Positions 1-8,322 of a DNA stretch of 64,000 nt are shown piece by piece. The DNA comes from Phycisphaerae bacterium. GTDB taxonomy: Bacteria; Planctomycetota; Phycisphaerae; Phycisphaerales; SM1A02. How positions within the stretch are numbered: position 1 is the first letter of the stretch; every line of letters begins with the position of its first letter. The translations under genes were made by a program, and so were the position numbers. The notes beneath the pieces were generated by a model, which saw only the letters and a list, made by a program, of their open reading frames with translations, ran no database searches and had not been told where the DNA came from. The stretch spans positions 68,180 through 132,179 of the forward strand of contig PBAX01000002.1 in NCBI GenBank assembly GCA_002716385.1. The letters run 5' to 3'.

Positions 1-651
1 CGCATTGGACGAGTACTTGACCATCTCGGCGGATGGGATCTCCATGAACATGAGTGGACGATCCTGACGGACGAAGGGCTCATAGAGTCGTTCGAGTCGT
101 TCGCGTCCGACATCATCATGGATGCCGCAGACGATGCGGTCCGGCTTCTGGAAGTCGGCGATGGCATCGCCTTCCTTGAGGAATTCTGGATTGTCGGCCA
201 CCGAGAAGGGGTGGTCCGTCAAGGCGGCGATCTGATCACGGACCTTGTAGGTGGTACCCACCGGAACGGTCGACTTCACGATGACCAGTGGGTGATCGGT
301 CTCGCATTCTGAATCGTTCATGGCTTCAGCGATATCTCTTGCGACAGCCATGACGGCGGACAGGTCGGAGCGTCCATCGGCGCCGGTCGGTGTACCCACG
401 CAGATGAAGATCAGATCGGCGCCGGAATAGGCCTCTCTGCGATCCGACGTGAACCGGAGTCTCCCGGACTTGGAATTGAGGTGCATGAGTTCCTCGAGCC
501 CCGGTTCATAGATGGGGCAGGAGCCGGCCTTCATTGAAGCAACCCGGGATTCATCGATGTCCAGACAGGTGACTTCGTTTCCAGTGTTGGAAAGGCAGAC
601 TCCCGTAACGAGCCCTACGTATCCAGAACCGACGATGGTGACGTTCAACAC
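1..651 (-). CDS. ugd: UDP-glucose 6-dehydrogenase (N-terminal part; gene runs off the left edge)
   Basis: Not in the ORF track. My minus-strand translation from GTG at about 649-651 reads VLNVTIVGSGYVGLVTGVCLSNTGNEVTCLDIDESRV...IFICVGTP...VKSTVPVGTT...DNPEFLKEGDAIADF. This shows the Rossmann GxGxxG start and the NPEFL motif of UDP-glucose/GDP-mannose dehydrogenases. Confidence 0.8.
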   Translation of the reverse strand, partial: MLNVTIVGSGYVGLVTGVCLSNTGNEVTCLDIDESRVASMKAGSCPIYEPGLEELMHLNSKSGRLRFTSDRREAYSGADLIFICVGTPTGADGRSDLSAVMAVARDIAEAMNDSECETDHPLVIVKSTVPVGTTYKVRDQIAALTDHPFSVADNPEFLKEGDAIADFQKPDRIVCGIHDDVGRERLERLYEPFVRQDRPLMFMEIPSAEMVKYSSNA

Positions 652-745
652 GGTGTGCTCCCTCGCGATGATCTCGCGGTGAACTTCAGGGGTGGTCCGC
701 GGCGATGTACCTTCCGCAGATCCGAAGTATACCTTGAGGGGCACT

Positions 746-1246
746 TCATACGACCGTGGAGCGTTCAAGTTCCTGAAGTCTGGATTTGAGCAATACGGCT
801 GGATCCCCGCAGGTCATTTGGCCTGCAAAGCCGCCTATCGCCCCGTTGGACCTGATCACTCTGTGGCAGGGCACGAGTAGGGGTGTGTGGTTGTGTCTCA
901 TGGCCGACCCCGCTGCTCGGGCGGCTCCGGGCTGTTGGGCCAGTTCGGCCAGCTCCCGGTATGAGATGGTCTTCCCCGGGGGGATGGAACGGCAGGCTTC
1001 AAGGCATCGAGTTCTGAAAGGGGTGGTTCTGGGGATTTCAAAGGCTGGTGGAGGGGTCCATTTCCCGGCCATGGTTGATTCGACCCATCTGGCGATGTCC
1101 TCTCGCAGGGCCGGGTCGTATCGGCCTCCTTGTGGGTGGCGTCCGATCGTTTTCCATCCGGAATGAAGCCCGCCATCCGAATCGACCGCCAGGCGAAGTT
1201 CGCCGAACGGGGTGGGGATATCACGCCAGAATTCGATGCGATGCAT
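746..1246 (-). CDS. ogt: methylated-DNA--protein-cysteine methyltransferase
   Basis: The C-terminal half has the alkyl-acceptor motif LLVPCHRVIRSNG and TISYRELAE. Start trimmed to ATG (MHRIEFW) at 1244-1246 because the longer track ORF (to 1495) overlaps glyA. Confidence 0.85.
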   Translation of the reverse strand: MHRIEFWRDIPTPFGELRLAVDSDGGLHSGWKTIGRHPQGGRYDPALREDIARWVESTMAGKWTPPPAFEIPRTTPFRTRCLEACRSIPPGKTISYRELAELAQQPGAARAAGSAMRHNHTPLLVPCHRVIRSNGAIGGFAGQMTCGDPAVLLKSRLQELERSTVV

Positions 1247-1298
1247 CGCTAGATCGTACCCTGTACAAACCGAACCAACTGCCAGGAGGCCTTTCCAC

Positions 1299-2591
1299 AT
1301 GTCGACGACGACGAACTCATCAATGGATGCACTGTCACAAGGACTTCTTGAACTGCTGGAATCGCATGACCCGGCCGTGGCTGCGATTCTGTCCGATGAA
1401 GCGGACCGGCAGCGAACCACCCTCGAACTGATTGCATCCGAAAACCATGTCAGTCCGCAGGTGATGCATGCCATGGGTTCCTGGATGACCAACAAGTATG
1501 CGGAGGGGTATCCCGGCGCTCGTTACTACGGTGGATGTGAACACTACGATCTCGTCGAGAACCTGGCATGTGATCGTGCCAAGGAGCTGTTCGGTTGCAA
1601 TTTCGCGAACGTCCAGCCTCACAGTGGAGCCAATGCGAACATTGCCGCTTTCATGGCCCTGCTCGCGCCGGGCGACAAGGTGCTTTCCCTCCCGATCAAG
1701 TCTGGCGGCCATCTCAGCCATGGGCTGAAGCCGAACTTCTCGGGCACCTTCTTCGAGATCCATGAATACGATCTCGATCCCGACACGGAGCAGCTCGATT
1801 ACGACGTCATCGCGAAGATCGCCGAGGAGGTTCAGCCCAAGTTGATCATCTGCGGATATTCCGCGTATCCGCGAATCATCGATTTCGAGCGTTTTCGTTC
1901 CATTGCTGACTCGGTCGGCGCATTCCTGATGGCCGACATCGCGCATATCGCCGGTCTTGTGGCCGCTGGCGTCCATCCATCCCCGTTCCCGCATGCCCAT
2001 GTCGTGACGACGACCACGCACAAGACTCTTCGCGGTCCTCGCGGTGGTCTTGTTCTGAGCGATGATGAGGAGATCGCCAAGAAAGTCGATCGAAAGGTGT
2101 TTCCCGGTTCACAGGGCGGGCCGTTGATGCACATGGTCGCCGCGAAGGCCATCGCCTTTCAGGAGGCGCTTCAGCCTTCGTTCCGGAATTACAGCCGTGC
2201 GGTCGTGGACAACGCGGCAGCGTTGGCCGAGTCCCTTGTTTCCCATGGGTATCGACTGTGTTCCGGTGGCACGGAAAACCATCTCATGCTCGTTGACCTT
2301 CGTACTCGGGACTCAGAACTGACGGGTGCGGATGCGGAACAGTGGTTGGAGTCGGCAGGCATCATCACCAACAAGAACGGCATTCCAAATGATCCACGTT
2401 CACCACGAGTGACCAGCGGTCTGCGTCTTGGTACACCTGCCCTGACCACTCGTGGTCTGGGCGTTGGGGAGATGAAGGAAGTGGCGGCGTTGCTGGATCG
2501 CGTCATGGGTTCACACGGAGATGCCGCGACCTGTGAAGCAGTTCGCAAGGATGTGCGTTCCTTGTGCGATCGCTTTCCGCTCCCGCACTGA
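1299..2591 (+). CDS. glyA: serine hydroxymethyltransferase
   Basis: Motifs LIASENHVSP, YAEGYPGARYYGGC and the PLP-lysine motif TTTTHKTLRGPRGG. Start set to ATG 1299 (MSTTTN), preceded by GGAGG at 1285-1289. Confidence 0.95.
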   Translation: MSTTTNSSMDALSQGLLELLESHDPAVAAILSDEADRQRTTLELIASENHVSPQVMHAMGSWMTNKYAEGYPGARYYGGCEHYDLVENLACDRAKELFGCNFANVQPHSGANANIAAFMALLAPGDKVLSLPIKSGGHLSHGLKPNFSGTFFEIHEYDLDPDTEQLDYDVIAKIAEEVQPKLIICGYSAYPRIIDFERFRSIADSVGAFLMADIAHIAGLVAAGVHPSPFPHAHVVTTTTHKTLRGPRGGLVLSDDEEIAKKVDRKVFPGSQGGPLMHMVAAKAIAFQEALQPSFRNYSRAVVDNAAALAESLVSHGYRLCSGGTENHLMLVDLRTRDSELTGADAEQWLESAGIITNKNGIPNDPRSPRVTSGLRLGTPALTTRGLGVGEMKEVAALLDRVMGSHGDAATCEAVRKDVRSLCDRFPLPH

Positions 2592-2604
2592 TTCCAGTCA
2601 GTGC
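2585..2604. terminator. 7-bp hairpin spanning both stop codons of convergent glyA and trmL
   Basis: gcactga-ttccag-tcagtgc. The glyA TGA (2589-2591) lies in the left arm and the trmL stop (tca, 2598-2600) in the right arm. No clear U-tract. Confidence 0.3.
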
Positions 2605-3071
2605 AGTTGTCTTCGGGCCTCATAGACGGCGGCGCATACGGTGGTGGCCAGATTCAGGCTTCTGATTCCTGGTTGCATCGGCATGACGAGTTCGTGTTCC
2701 GCTCCATTGCTTGATCGCAGCCATGCTCTCACCGTCTCCGGGACACCGCCGCTTTCGCTTCCAAAGATGAAGTAGTCGTCAGCCTGATAGTCGGCATCCC
2801 AGTACGCTCGACGTCCCTTCGTTGTCAGCAGCCAGGCGCGCGTGGGCCGTTCCTGCTCGAGAAAGGCCTCCCAGCTGGCATGTTCACGGCAATCCACGAG
2901 GTGCCAGTAGTCGAGGCCTGCTCGACGTCTGGCCTTGCCCGACATGTCAAATCCAATCGGATGGATGATGTGTAGCCTGCAGCCCGCAGCAGCGGCAGTT
3001 CTACCGATATTCCCCGTATTGTTGGGAATTTCGGGGTGTACAAGAACGATGTTAAGTGGTGGCAGGGACAC
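2598..3071 (-). CDS. trmL: tRNA (cytidine/uridine-2'-O)-methyltransferase, SpoU/TrmL family
   Basis: 157 aa. LVHPEIPNNTGNIGRT start and C-terminal knot motifs FGSESGGVP and RSLNLATTV, typical of TrmL/YibK. Confidence 0.85.
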   Translation of the reverse strand: MSLPPLNIVLVHPEIPNNTGNIGRTAAAAGCRLHIIHPIGFDMSGKARRRAGLDYWHLVDCREHASWEAFLEQERPTRAWLLTTKGRRAYWDADYQADDYFIFGSESGGVPETVRAWLRSSNGAEHELVMPMQPGIRSLNLATTVCAAVYEARRQLH

Positions 3072-3168
3072 AACATGAGTCTACCGTCCTCCGGCTGTTT
3101 TTTTTCGAGGTATAGTCATCAGACGGGCTTTGGGCCCGCGGAATAGAGAGGATGAAGGAGACAATACT

Positions 3169-5226
3169 GTGGCCAACCACACGACCGATCAGATCAGAAA
3201 TGTTTTGTTTGCTGGCACATCAGGTGCCGGAAAGACCACGCTTGTCGAGGCGATGCTTGTCCATGATGGAATCATCAGTCGTGCAGGCAGGGTCGAGGAC
3301 GGAAACACGGTCTCGGACTGGGATGATCTTGAGAAGAGTCTTGGCTTCAGTGTGGATTCGAGTGTGCTGCATCTATCCCATGCCGGCTGTCATCTGAACG
3401 TCATCGATACGCCCGGACGAAACGATTTCTTCGGCAAGGGCATCGCCTGTCTTCCAGCTGTCGAGACCATGGTGCTTGTGCTCGATCCGACGGTAGGTCT
3501 GGATCCAGTGGCTCGACGAATGATGAAGATGGCCATCCAGCGCAATCTGCCGCGGGCGATCGTGATCAACAAGATCGACTCGGGTGCCGATCTCAGTGAG
3601 TTTCTCGAGGCGTTGCAGGCGACGTTCGGCACCGAATGCAGGCCGATCAATCTGCCTGCCGATGGCGGCAAGTCGATCATTCGATGCTTCAAGTCGGGAG
3701 ATGGAGAATCGGATCTTGGATCTGTCGGTGATTTCCATACGGGTCTCGTGGATCAGGTCGTCGAGGTTGACGAGGAACTGATGGAACAATATCTCGAACA
3801 GGGAGGGGTCACCCCCGAGCAGCTCGAGGCTCCATTCAAGCGGGCCATGCGTGAAGGGCACCTGGTGCCGGTTCTATTCACCTCCGCAAAGGAGAACATC
3901 GGTGTCGAGGAGCTGCTCGATCAGATCTCGGAGTTCTTCCCGAATCCCGCGGAGGGGAATGCCAGGCCCTTCCAGGTCGTCACGAGCGATGGGCGTGAGG
4001 ACATCACGGTGGAGGCGGATGCGGGCAAGCCACTGGTGGCCCATGTCTTCAAGGTGGCATCGGATCCATATGTCGGCAAGATGAGCTACATGCGAATACA
4101 TCAGGGCAGCATCAACAACGGGGACAGTCCACGAGTCGATGATGAACGAAAGGGGGTCCGCGTCAGCCACTTCTTCGAGGTGCAGGGCAAGGACACCGCG
4201 GAGACCAAGACCGCCGTGCCCGGTGACATCATCGCCGTCTCGAAGGTCGATGAGATCAACTATGACAGCGTTCTTCATGCTGAAGAAAAGAATCAGGTCG
4301 CCATCCGGCCCATTCCAACGCCGAAGCCGATGTTCGGTCTGGCGATCGAGGGGACGAGCAAGGGGGCCGAGTCCAAGATCGGCGATGCCTTGTCGAAGAT
4401 GTCCTCGGAGGATCCGACCTTCCAGGTGGAGCGGAACGTCGCCACAGGGGAGCTGGTGATTCGCGGTCTCGGTGAAAACCATCTGCGAGCCAAACTTCGA
4501 CTTCTGAAGGACCGCTACGGGGTCGAGGTCGATTCTAAGCCGCCGAAGGTGGCCTACAAGGAGACCATCACGGGCAAGGCGGAAGGTCATCACCGGCACA
4601 AGAAGCAGTCCGGAGGATCCGGTCAGTTTGGTGAGGTGTATCTCCGGGTCGAGCCGCTGGTCGGTGAAGAGAACGATGGTGTGGTTGACGGGTTGCTCTT
4701 CAAGGACGACACCTTCGGCGGATCTGTACCAAAGCAGTTCCTGCCAGCGATCGAGAAAGGTGTGCGTCAGGTCATGGTTGGCGGCGCTGTCGCGGGCTAT
4801 CCGATGCAGGACGTCGTCGTCTCCGTCTATGACGGCAAGCATCATCCGGTCGATTCCAAGGAAGTCGCATTCGTCACGGCCGGCAAGCGTGCCTTCATCG
4901 ATGCGGTTCAGAAGGCCAATCCGGTTCTTCTGGAGCCATTCGTGAAGATGGAGATCACGGTTCCTCAGGATGCAATCGGCGATATCTCATCCGATCTTTC
5001 CGGTCGGCGGGGACGAATTCAGGGGACGGATGTTCTTCCCGGCAATCAGGTGGTGATGCATGCCGAGGCGCCGTTGTCCGAGGTCATGACCTATGCGGCT
5101 CAGCTCAAGTCAATTACCGCTGGTGCAGGTAGTTACTCCATGGAGTATTCGCACGATGAGAACACGCCTCCCAATGTTCAGGCGGAGGTTGTGGCGGCAT
5201 TCAATCCGGTGGAAGACGAGGACTGA
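3169..5226 (+). CDS. elongation factor G-like translational GTPase (divergent paralogue)
   Basis: P-loop AGTSGAGKTT, DTPG, NKID, and EF-G domains II-V along the full length (e.g. GENHLRAKL, SYSMEYSHD). Start chosen at GTG 3169, with GAAGGAG 8 nt upstream; the track ORF starts at TTG 3130. Confidence 0.8.
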   Translation: MANHTTDQIRNVLFAGTSGAGKTTLVEAMLVHDGIISRAGRVEDGNTVSDWDDLEKSLGFSVDSSVLHLSHAGCHLNVIDTPGRNDFFGKGIACLPAVETMVLVLDPTVGLDPVARRMMKMAIQRNLPRAIVINKIDSGADLSEFLEALQATFGTECRPINLPADGGKSIIRCFKSGDGESDLGSVGDFHTGLVDQVVEVDEELMEQYLEQGGVTPEQLEAPFKRAMREGHLVPVLFTSAKENIGVEELLDQISEFFPNPAEGNARPFQVVTSDGREDITVEADAGKPLVAHVFKVASDPYVGKMSYMRIHQGSINNGDSPRVDDERKGVRVSHFFEVQGKDTAETKTAVPGDIIAVSKVDEINYDSVLHAEEKNQVAIRPIPTPKPMFGLAIEGTSKGAESKIGDALSKMSSEDPTFQVERNVATGELVIRGLGENHLRAKLRLLKDRYGVEVDSKPPKVAYKETITGKAEGHHRHKKQSGGSGQFGEVYLRVEPLVGEENDGVVDGLLFKDDTFGGSVPKQFLPAIEKGVRQVMVGGAVAGYPMQDVVVSVYDGKHHPVDSKEVAFVTAGKRAFIDAVQKANPVLLEPFVKMEITVPQDAIGDISSDLSGRRGRIQGTDVLPGNQVVMHAEAPLSEVMTYAAQLKSITAGAGSYSMEYSHDENTPPNVQAEVVAAFNPVEDED

Positions 5227-5253
5227 TCGGGCTTTGCGGTTACACTGCCAATA

Positions 5254-6387
5254 GTGAGTAAGAGCGAACGACCCTTCGTGGATTCAATCTTGAGCCAGCT
5301 TCCTGCTGGTTGTGTAGTGTTGATCTCGGCGGGGGTTGTGGCCCTTGGAATCTCCACCTACTCGAATGAGTACAGCATCCTGCCGACCATTCATCTGGTG
5401 GCAGGCCTGCTTGGCTTGACCGGTGCCATCATCGGCTGGGTATTGGGTAATCAGAATGCGATGCTGTTCTGGTTCTCCGGTGTGTTGAGTCTGATGCTGG
5501 TTGCGATCGGCTATCAATATCTCGACGACCCAACCATGGAGATTGCCGGTACCGCCCTAATGGGTGCCGGTTTCCTTGGGCTGGTATTCACGACGGCTCT
5601 GTATGCGTTGTTCTCCAGATTGAACGACAACCGGTCCGAGGAGTTGCCGGACCAGCGATCGGTGAAACTCCTCGAGCTCATATACAGCCAGACCATGTTG
5701 AGCGATACCGCAAGACGTGTTCTCTATCGCGAACGTGAGTTGGCCTTGCTTCGTCGCACGATCGAGGAGGATATCGAGAAGGGTGATTTCAATGCTGCTC
5801 TGGTCCTTTGTCAGGACATGGAGCAGCTCTTCGGCTACGCCGAGGAGGCGGATGAGGCCAGAGAGCGTGTCCTGGAAATACGGAACGCCAAGCAGGCTGC
5901 CCAGATCGACGAGAAGATCTCCGGAGTTCACAGGATGCTCGAGAGAGGCAGCTGGAGAAAAGCCGAGCTGGCTGCCACCAGATTGCATCGCCTGTATCCG
6001 GACTCTCCCAAGCTTCAGGAGCTCGAGCAGAACATCAAGATCGCCATGGAGGATCGCAAGCGAATGCTCCACTCGCATTTCGTTTCCTCCATCGCATCGG
6101 GCGATACTGAACGGTCGATGGGTATCCTGCGTGAACTGGATCGCTATCTATCGCCCGAAGAGGCCGAGGCCATCCGGGCATCTGCTCAGGAGGTCATTAA
6201 TGGCCATCGAGAGCTGCTTTCCAATCGTTTCCGCGAGGCGGTCTCCGCTCATGAGTGGGGAGAGGCCATCCGGGCCGGGGAGCACATCATGATGGAGTAT
6301 CCAATGGATACCATGGCAGCTGAAGTCGGTGAAATGATGGACCGGCTTCATGAGAGGCAACAGGCATCGGAATCCGCATCGGAGTAA
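5254..6387 (+). CDS. hypothetical membrane protein (4 N-terminal TM helices plus helical-repeat C-terminal region)
   Basis: 377-aa ORF. The first ~120 aa are hydrophobic; the rest is charged and alpha-helical (TPR-like feel). No motif recognised. Confidence 0.5.
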   Translation: MSKSERPFVDSILSQLPAGCVVLISAGVVALGISTYSNEYSILPTIHLVAGLLGLTGAIIGWVLGNQNAMLFWFSGVLSLMLVAIGYQYLDDPTMEIAGTALMGAGFLGLVFTTALYALFSRLNDNRSEELPDQRSVKLLELIYSQTMLSDTARRVLYRERELALLRRTIEEDIEKGDFNAALVLCQDMEQLFGYAEEADEARERVLEIRNAKQAAQIDEKISGVHRMLERGSWRKAELAATRLHRLYPDSPKLQELEQNIKIAMEDRKRMLHSHFVSSIASGDTERSMGILRELDRYLSPEEAEAIRASAQEVINGHRELLSNRFREAVSAHEWGEAIRAGEHIMMEYPMDTMAAEVGEMMDRLHERQQASESASE

Positions 6388-6391
6388 TTGG

Positions 6392-7330
6392 ATGTTCTCA
6401 AGGATGAGAGACAAGACATCTGCAAATCGCAACAATCGTGTCGGCGCAGGCATGTCCCTGCTGGCCTGTCTGACGGTTGGCTTGTTCGTTCCAGGATGCG
6501 TCATGGAGGACTTCAATGACATTGGCGAGACCTTCTTCGCCAAATCACCGGCTGAAGCTGCGCGAGATGCATTGGATCCCTACAACCCGGATCTGAGACG
6601 CGAGGGTGTTGTTCTGCTTTCCAACGCACCCTTCGGGGGCGTTGATGCCTATTTGAAGATGTATCGAGACTATGTCGAGAATGATCCCGATCCACTGGTC
6701 AGGGGTGCCGCCATCACGGCACTTGCTCGCCATGGTGATGCTCAGGATGCCATGCTGATTGCGCCGTTTCTCAGCCGTGAGGTAGAGGAGAATGAGACGG
6801 TTCGCTGGTATTCGGCGCTCGCGTTGCAGCGTCTGCACAATGTCGAGGTCATTCCTGTTCTGGAGAAATCAATCCGGGACGAGGAGGAGACTGGCGAGAT
6901 CAGGGCGGCTGTCTGCATCGCACTCGGTCAGTACCCGGAGGATCGCGTGGTTCAGATGCTTCTCTTCGGGCTTGATGCAAGGGAGCTGTCGGTCAACATC
7001 GAGGCTGGTGAAGCGCTCTGGCTGCTCACGGGCGAGCAGTTCGGAATGGATCGTGTCGCCTGGCAGAACTGGTATACAGCGGCTCTGGCAAACAGGAACG
7101 CCTTCAAGAATCAGCAGGCCTACTTCTACCCGACGTACGATCGAGACAAGTCATGGTGGGAATATGCCGCCTTCTGGCTGGATACCAGCTGGGAGAAGCC
7201 GTCTTCGCCGACAGGCTTGCGTTCACGTGAAGAACGTCGAACATGGGAAATGGAGGGTTCGCCGTCCGAGGCCGCGGTTGAGCAGGGTGTGGAAAGAAGT
7301 GAATTCGAAAAGGTGGACGATCTGCCGTGA
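6392..7330 (+). CDS. HEAT-repeat lipoprotein
   Basis: Lipobox-like LFVPGC after a basic N-terminus. Repeated units of the type DPDPLVRGAAITALARHGD and NETVRWYSALALQRL, as in PBS-lyase HEAT repeats. Start ATG 6392, with GGAG 8 nt upstream. Confidence 0.55.
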   Translation: MFSRMRDKTSANRNNRVGAGMSLLACLTVGLFVPGCVMEDFNDIGETFFAKSPAEAARDALDPYNPDLRREGVVLLSNAPFGGVDAYLKMYRDYVENDPDPLVRGAAITALARHGDAQDAMLIAPFLSREVEENETVRWYSALALQRLHNVEVIPVLEKSIRDEEETGEIRAAVCIALGQYPEDRVVQMLLFGLDARELSVNIEAGEALWLLTGEQFGMDRVAWQNWYTAALANRNAFKNQQAYFYPTYDRDKSWWEYAAFWLDTSWEKPSSPTGLRSREERRTWEMEGSPSEAAVEQGVERSEFEKVDDLP

Positions 7331-8304
7331 CCATTCGCTGCGTGCATGTCGAGGGCGGAGAGATCCAGCTCCAGAGCAGAGCCGAGCCCATTCGCGAAGC
7401 TGGGCAGGCGATCGTCGAGATCACACGGGCCGGGCTCTCCCATCTAGATGCGGCCATAGGTCAGGGCCGAGTCGACTTCACGGGTGTTCCCGGTCAGGAG
7501 ATGGTCGGTCGAGTCACGCAGGTGGATTCCGAGCAAGAGGAGTGGAAGTCGGCGAGAGTTGTCATCGATCCGTTGATCAACTGCAGCCAATGTCGCTGGT
7601 GCGGCGCCGGTTTGCGATCCCAGTGCAGTGATCTGCGCATCATCGGGCGATCGGGCGCTGATGGAGGTTTGGCGACCCATGTGGTCGTTCCACTCACCTC
7701 TCTCGTCAGGATCCCTGATCATGTCGATGATGATGCGGCGGTGTTCGCCGTGCCGGTATCTCGAGCGATTCAGGCTGCTCGACAGGCCACCATTCAGGGG
7801 CAGACATACGTAACCATCGTGGGGGACAATGCACTCGCATTGCTCACAGCTCAGGTCCTGGTCAGGCTCAATGCTTCTGTGCGGGTGCTTGGGGGGCACG
7901 AGACGCTACTGGATCGTTGTGAACGGTGGGGCATCCGTCATCGACGACGCGAGGAGGCGGGGCATCGGGCCGATCAGGACATCGTGGTCGAGTGTACTGG
8001 TGAGCGACCGGCGGTCGCCGCCACACTGGGATTCGTTCGGCCTCGAGGCACGATCATCCAAATGATCGCGCCTCGGGTCGTGGGTGATCGAGGGACGACA
8101 CTCGATCTGCAGAAGCTCGTGGATGGAGAGATTCGCCTGATTGGATCCTCCTTTGGTCCCGTGCGGGAGGCGGTCGATCTCATCGCCACCGATCAGATCG
8201 ATGTGGTGAGCCTTGTGGGGGTCCGGAAGCGGCTTGAGGACGTGCCCGGGATTCTTTCGGATCCACAATTGGCCACTGGTCGCAAGGTGCTCGTTACGCC
8301 TTGA
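7327..8304 (+). CDS. medium-chain dehydrogenase/reductase (zinc-ADH superfamily), divergent
   Basis: Structural-zinc cluster CSQCRWCGAGLRSQC and overall MDR layout. The catalytic-zinc positions read GLSHLD and GQE instead of GICGTD and GHE. Confidence 0.6.
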   Translation: MTIRCVHVEGGEIQLQSRAEPIREAGQAIVEITRAGLSHLDAAIGQGRVDFTGVPGQEMVGRVTQVDSEQEEWKSARVVIDPLINCSQCRWCGAGLRSQCSDLRIIGRSGADGGLATHVVVPLTSLVRIPDHVDDDAAVFAVPVSRAIQAARQATIQGQTYVTIVGDNALALLTAQVLVRLNASVRVLGGHETLLDRCERWGIRHRRREEAGHRADQDIVVECTGERPAVAATLGFVRPRGTIIQMIAPRVVGDRGTTLDLQKLVDGEIRLIGSSFGPVREAVDLIATDQIDVVSLVGVRKRLEDVPGILSDPQLATGRKVLVTP

Positions 8305-8322
8305 CGTTACCCTGTTGGTCTC

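Noticed and set aside
3874-4845. 323-aa minus-strand ORF
   Set aside because: Antisense to the EF-G-like gene. No motifs. A typical shadow ORF.
6792-7631. 279-aa plus-strand ORF spanning two genes
   Set aside because: It is out of frame with, and overlaps, both the HEAT-repeat gene and the MDR gene. Extremely Arg/Ser-rich.
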